Below are positions 24,368 through 26,296 of a DNA stretch of 26,296 bases, in pieces (position 1 is the first letter of the stretch; each line of letters opens with the position of its first letter). Made by a program: the position numbers and the translations under genes. Location of the stretch: the NCBI GenBank assembly GCA_039809205.1, contig JBDHUQ010000001.1:1-26296 (forward strand). The letters are read 5' to 3'. The notes under the pieces are model-generated. The model did not search any database and had not been told where the DNA came from. It worked only from the letters and a program-made list of their open reading frames with translations. Source of the DNA: Minisyncoccia bacterium. GTDB lineage: Bacteria > Patescibacteriota > Minisyncoccia > Phycocordibacterales > UBA9973.

Positions 24368-25573
24368 ATGAATTTTCGATATACAGCTGTTACAGATAAA
24401 GGAGAAAAGAGAGATGGTGTCATCGAGGCTGTTAACCGTGAGCTAGCTATTTCAGGTCTTCAAAGGCGGGGATTAATAGTAACCTCAGTTAAAAGTGAAG
24501 AAGAAGCTAAGAAATGGTTTGAAATTAGTCTTTGGGAAAAGGTACCAATGAAAGAGATTGTTATTCTCTCTAGGCAGATGTCTACCTTGTTTGAGGCTCA
24601 GGTCTCTGCTCTTAAGGCTTTTAGCTTGCTCTCAGGTAACACACAAAACAAACTTCTAGCAAGTAAAATGAATCAAATAGTTTCTGATCTTCAAGCAGGA
24701 AGTTCTATAGCTGGAGCCCTATCTAAGCACCCAGATATTTTTTCTGATTTTTATGTAAACATGGTTAGGGCTGGAGAAGAATCAGGGAAGTTAACTCAAG
24801 TATTTTTATTCTTGGCTGATTATTTAGATCGCCAGTATGCTTTAACTTCCAAGACTAAACACGCTCTTGTTTATCCAGCCTTTGTTATTGGTATCTTTAT
24901 TGTGGTTATGACTCTCATGTTTACTGTGGTTGTGCCTAAACTCTCAGCTATTATTTTAGAAAGTGGTCAAGAAATACCTTTTTATACAAAAATAGTTCTG
25001 TGGGTAAGTGACTTTCTGGTTAATTATGGAATCTTCTTCTTAATCTTTGTGGTTGTTGGTCTTGGTTATCTATTTAGACTAACTAAATCTAAAAAAGGTA
25101 AAAAGTTCCTAGATGATACTAAGCTAAATGTTCCTATTTTGGGAACTTTGTTTAAAAAAGTTTATTTGGCTCGTATTGCAGATAACATGGATACCATGCT
25201 CTCCGCAGGTATTCCTATTGTTAGAGCTATTGAAATCACGGGGAATGTTGTTGGTAACAAAAAGTATCAGGATATTTTAAAAGAATCTATGGAAGCAGTT
25301 AAGGCGGGTAAAAGCTTCTCCGATTCTTTGCAAAATCATGTAGAAATACCAAAGATTATGCCTCAGATTATCAGGGTAGGTGAAGAAACTGGTTCTATGG
25401 GTCAAATCTTGAAAATGTTGGCTAAGTTTTATAAGAGAGAGGTGGACGAAGCAGTTGATACTTTGGTTGGGCTGATTGAACCTTTTATGATTATCAGCCT
25501 TGGTCTAGGTGTGGGACTTCTTCTGGTTTCTGTTTTGGTACCTATTTACAATATTGCAGGAGGAATACAGTAG
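24368..25573 (+). CDS. pilC: Type IV pilus platform protein PilC (GspF family)
   Basis: SRQMSTLFEA, MVRAGEESGKL, LVYPAFV, RVGEETG, LIEP motifs; three TM helices. Confidence 0.95.
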   Translation: MNFRYTAVTDKGEKRDGVIEAVNRELAISGLQRRGLIVTSVKSEEEAKKWFEISLWEKVPMKEIVILSRQMSTLFEAQVSALKAFSLLSGNTQNKLLASKMNQIVSDLQAGSSIAGALSKHPDIFSDFYVNMVRAGEESGKLTQVFLFLADYLDRQYALTSKTKHALVYPAFVIGIFIVVMTLMFTVVVPKLSAIILESGQEIPFYTKIVLWVSDFLVNYGIFFLIFVVVGLGYLFRLTKSKKGKKFLDDTKLNVPILGTLFKKVYLARIADNMDTMLSAGIPIVRAIEITGNVVGNKKYQDILKESMEAVKAGKSFSDSLQNHVEIPKIMPQIIRVGEETGSMGQILKMLAKFYKREVDEAVDTLVGLIEPFMIISLGLGVGLLLVSVLVPIYNIAGGIQ

Positions 25574-25609
25574 TTTTAACTATCCACTTGCGTTTTTATC
25601 TGGGACTCA

Positions 25610-25618
25610 TGGTATACT
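25610..25618 (+). promoter_or_regulatory. Extended -10 promoter candidate for the pilin gene
   Basis: TGgTATACT at 25610-25618; TTGCGT 19 nt upstream of the hexamer. Confidence 0.55.
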
Positions 25619-25689
25619 TATCAAAGTTACAAAGGGATTTGTAATAATCGATTATTAAATTTTCAATATAAATAAAGTTATTCATAGTT

Positions 25690-26187
25690 ATGAAAAAGAA
25701 TTACTCAAAAGGTTTCACACTCATTGAATTGTTGGTTGTGATTGCAATTATTGGTATCTTGGCTTCTGTGGTGCTTGCATCACTTAACTCAGCTCGAACA
25801 AAGGGGGCTGACGCAGCTATTAAGGCTAACCTTAACAACATGCGTGCTCAAGCAGAACTGTTTTATGATAGCAACACAAACTCTTACCTTCCTTCAGGTG
25901 GAACAGCTATCACAACAGCAGCTACTTGTCCTTCATACAACGGTTCAGGAACAAGTATGGTAGCTAAAGATCAAAACATTGCTAACGCTATTGCACAAGC
26001 TACAACTCAAGGTGGAGCAGGTAATGCTTGTTACAACTCTGCTAGTGCATGGGCGGTTGCAGTTACTCTTAAGTCAGCAAACACAACAGCTTGGTGTGTA
26101 GACTCTGCAGGTAACTCAAAGTCTGTAACTATTACAGCAAGTACTCCAGCTGGAGCTATCTCAAACACAACAGGAAACTGTATCTAA
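25690..26187 (+). CDS. pilA: Type IV pilin, probably the major pilin
   Basis: Short class III leader KG|FTLIELLVVIAIIGILASVV with E5; four Cys in the globular domain; own promoter and terminator. Confidence 0.88.
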   Translation: MKKNYSKGFTLIELLVVIAIIGILASVVLASLNSARTKGADAAIKANLNNMRAQAELFYDSNTNSYLPSGGTAITTAATCPSYNGSGTSMVAKDQNIANAIAQATTQGGAGNACYNSASAWAVAVTLKSANTTAWCVDSAGNSKSVTITASTPAGAISNTTGNCI

Positions 26188-26202
26188 ATATAAGTTTCTT
26201 TC

Positions 26203-26229
26203 AAAAACACCTCGTAGCGAGGTGTTTTT
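26203..26229 (+). terminator. Intrinsic terminator after the pilin gene
   Basis: aaaaacacctcg-tag-cgaggtgttttt perfect 12-bp inverted repeat followed by gttttg. Confidence 0.9.
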
Positions 26230-26296
26230 GTTTTGTTCACCAAACTCTGTTCTTAGTCGATAGTCAGCATGGTATAATTTATCTATGATTTTTTTA

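Noticed and set aside
4144-25963. Short shadow ORFs (e.g. 4144, 5545, 6648, 9121, 9750-10996, 11140-12901, 14577, 15724-16326, 17939, 18312, 23499, 23783, 25742)
   Set aside because: All lie antisense or out of frame within well-supported genes and show no recognisable motifs.

Overview
AT-rich bacterial chromosome segment, standard genetic code, with a gene set typical of Patescibacteria/CPR (Parcubacteria-like; inferred from gene content and style, not from a marker gene). Left part: secreted lipoprotein-like surface protein, hypothetical protein, recG, RRM RNA-binding protein, TMEM175-type K+ channel, DUF1801 protein, a tRNA-Ser with the unusual anticodon ACT, a peptidoglycan-binding protein, nfi, rarA and a heterodimeric ABC exporter. 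Middle (about 12.96-17.32 kb): an accessory tract ending at tRNA-Ser(GCT). It is built of five 0.5-1.5 kb modules, each headed by the tRNA or by a degenerate copy of a tRNA 3' end (GCGG-N16-AC); in four of the five a leaderless-type promoter sits directly before the cargo gene. This looks like an integrase-free, tRNA-anchored cassette array. Right part: comF, divergent from a type IV pilus cluster (pilM, pilN-like, pilO, Fn3 protein, pilB, receiver protein, pilT, pilC, pilin). Many genes have a -10 hexamer 6-7 nt before the start codon, suggesting widespread leaderless translation.
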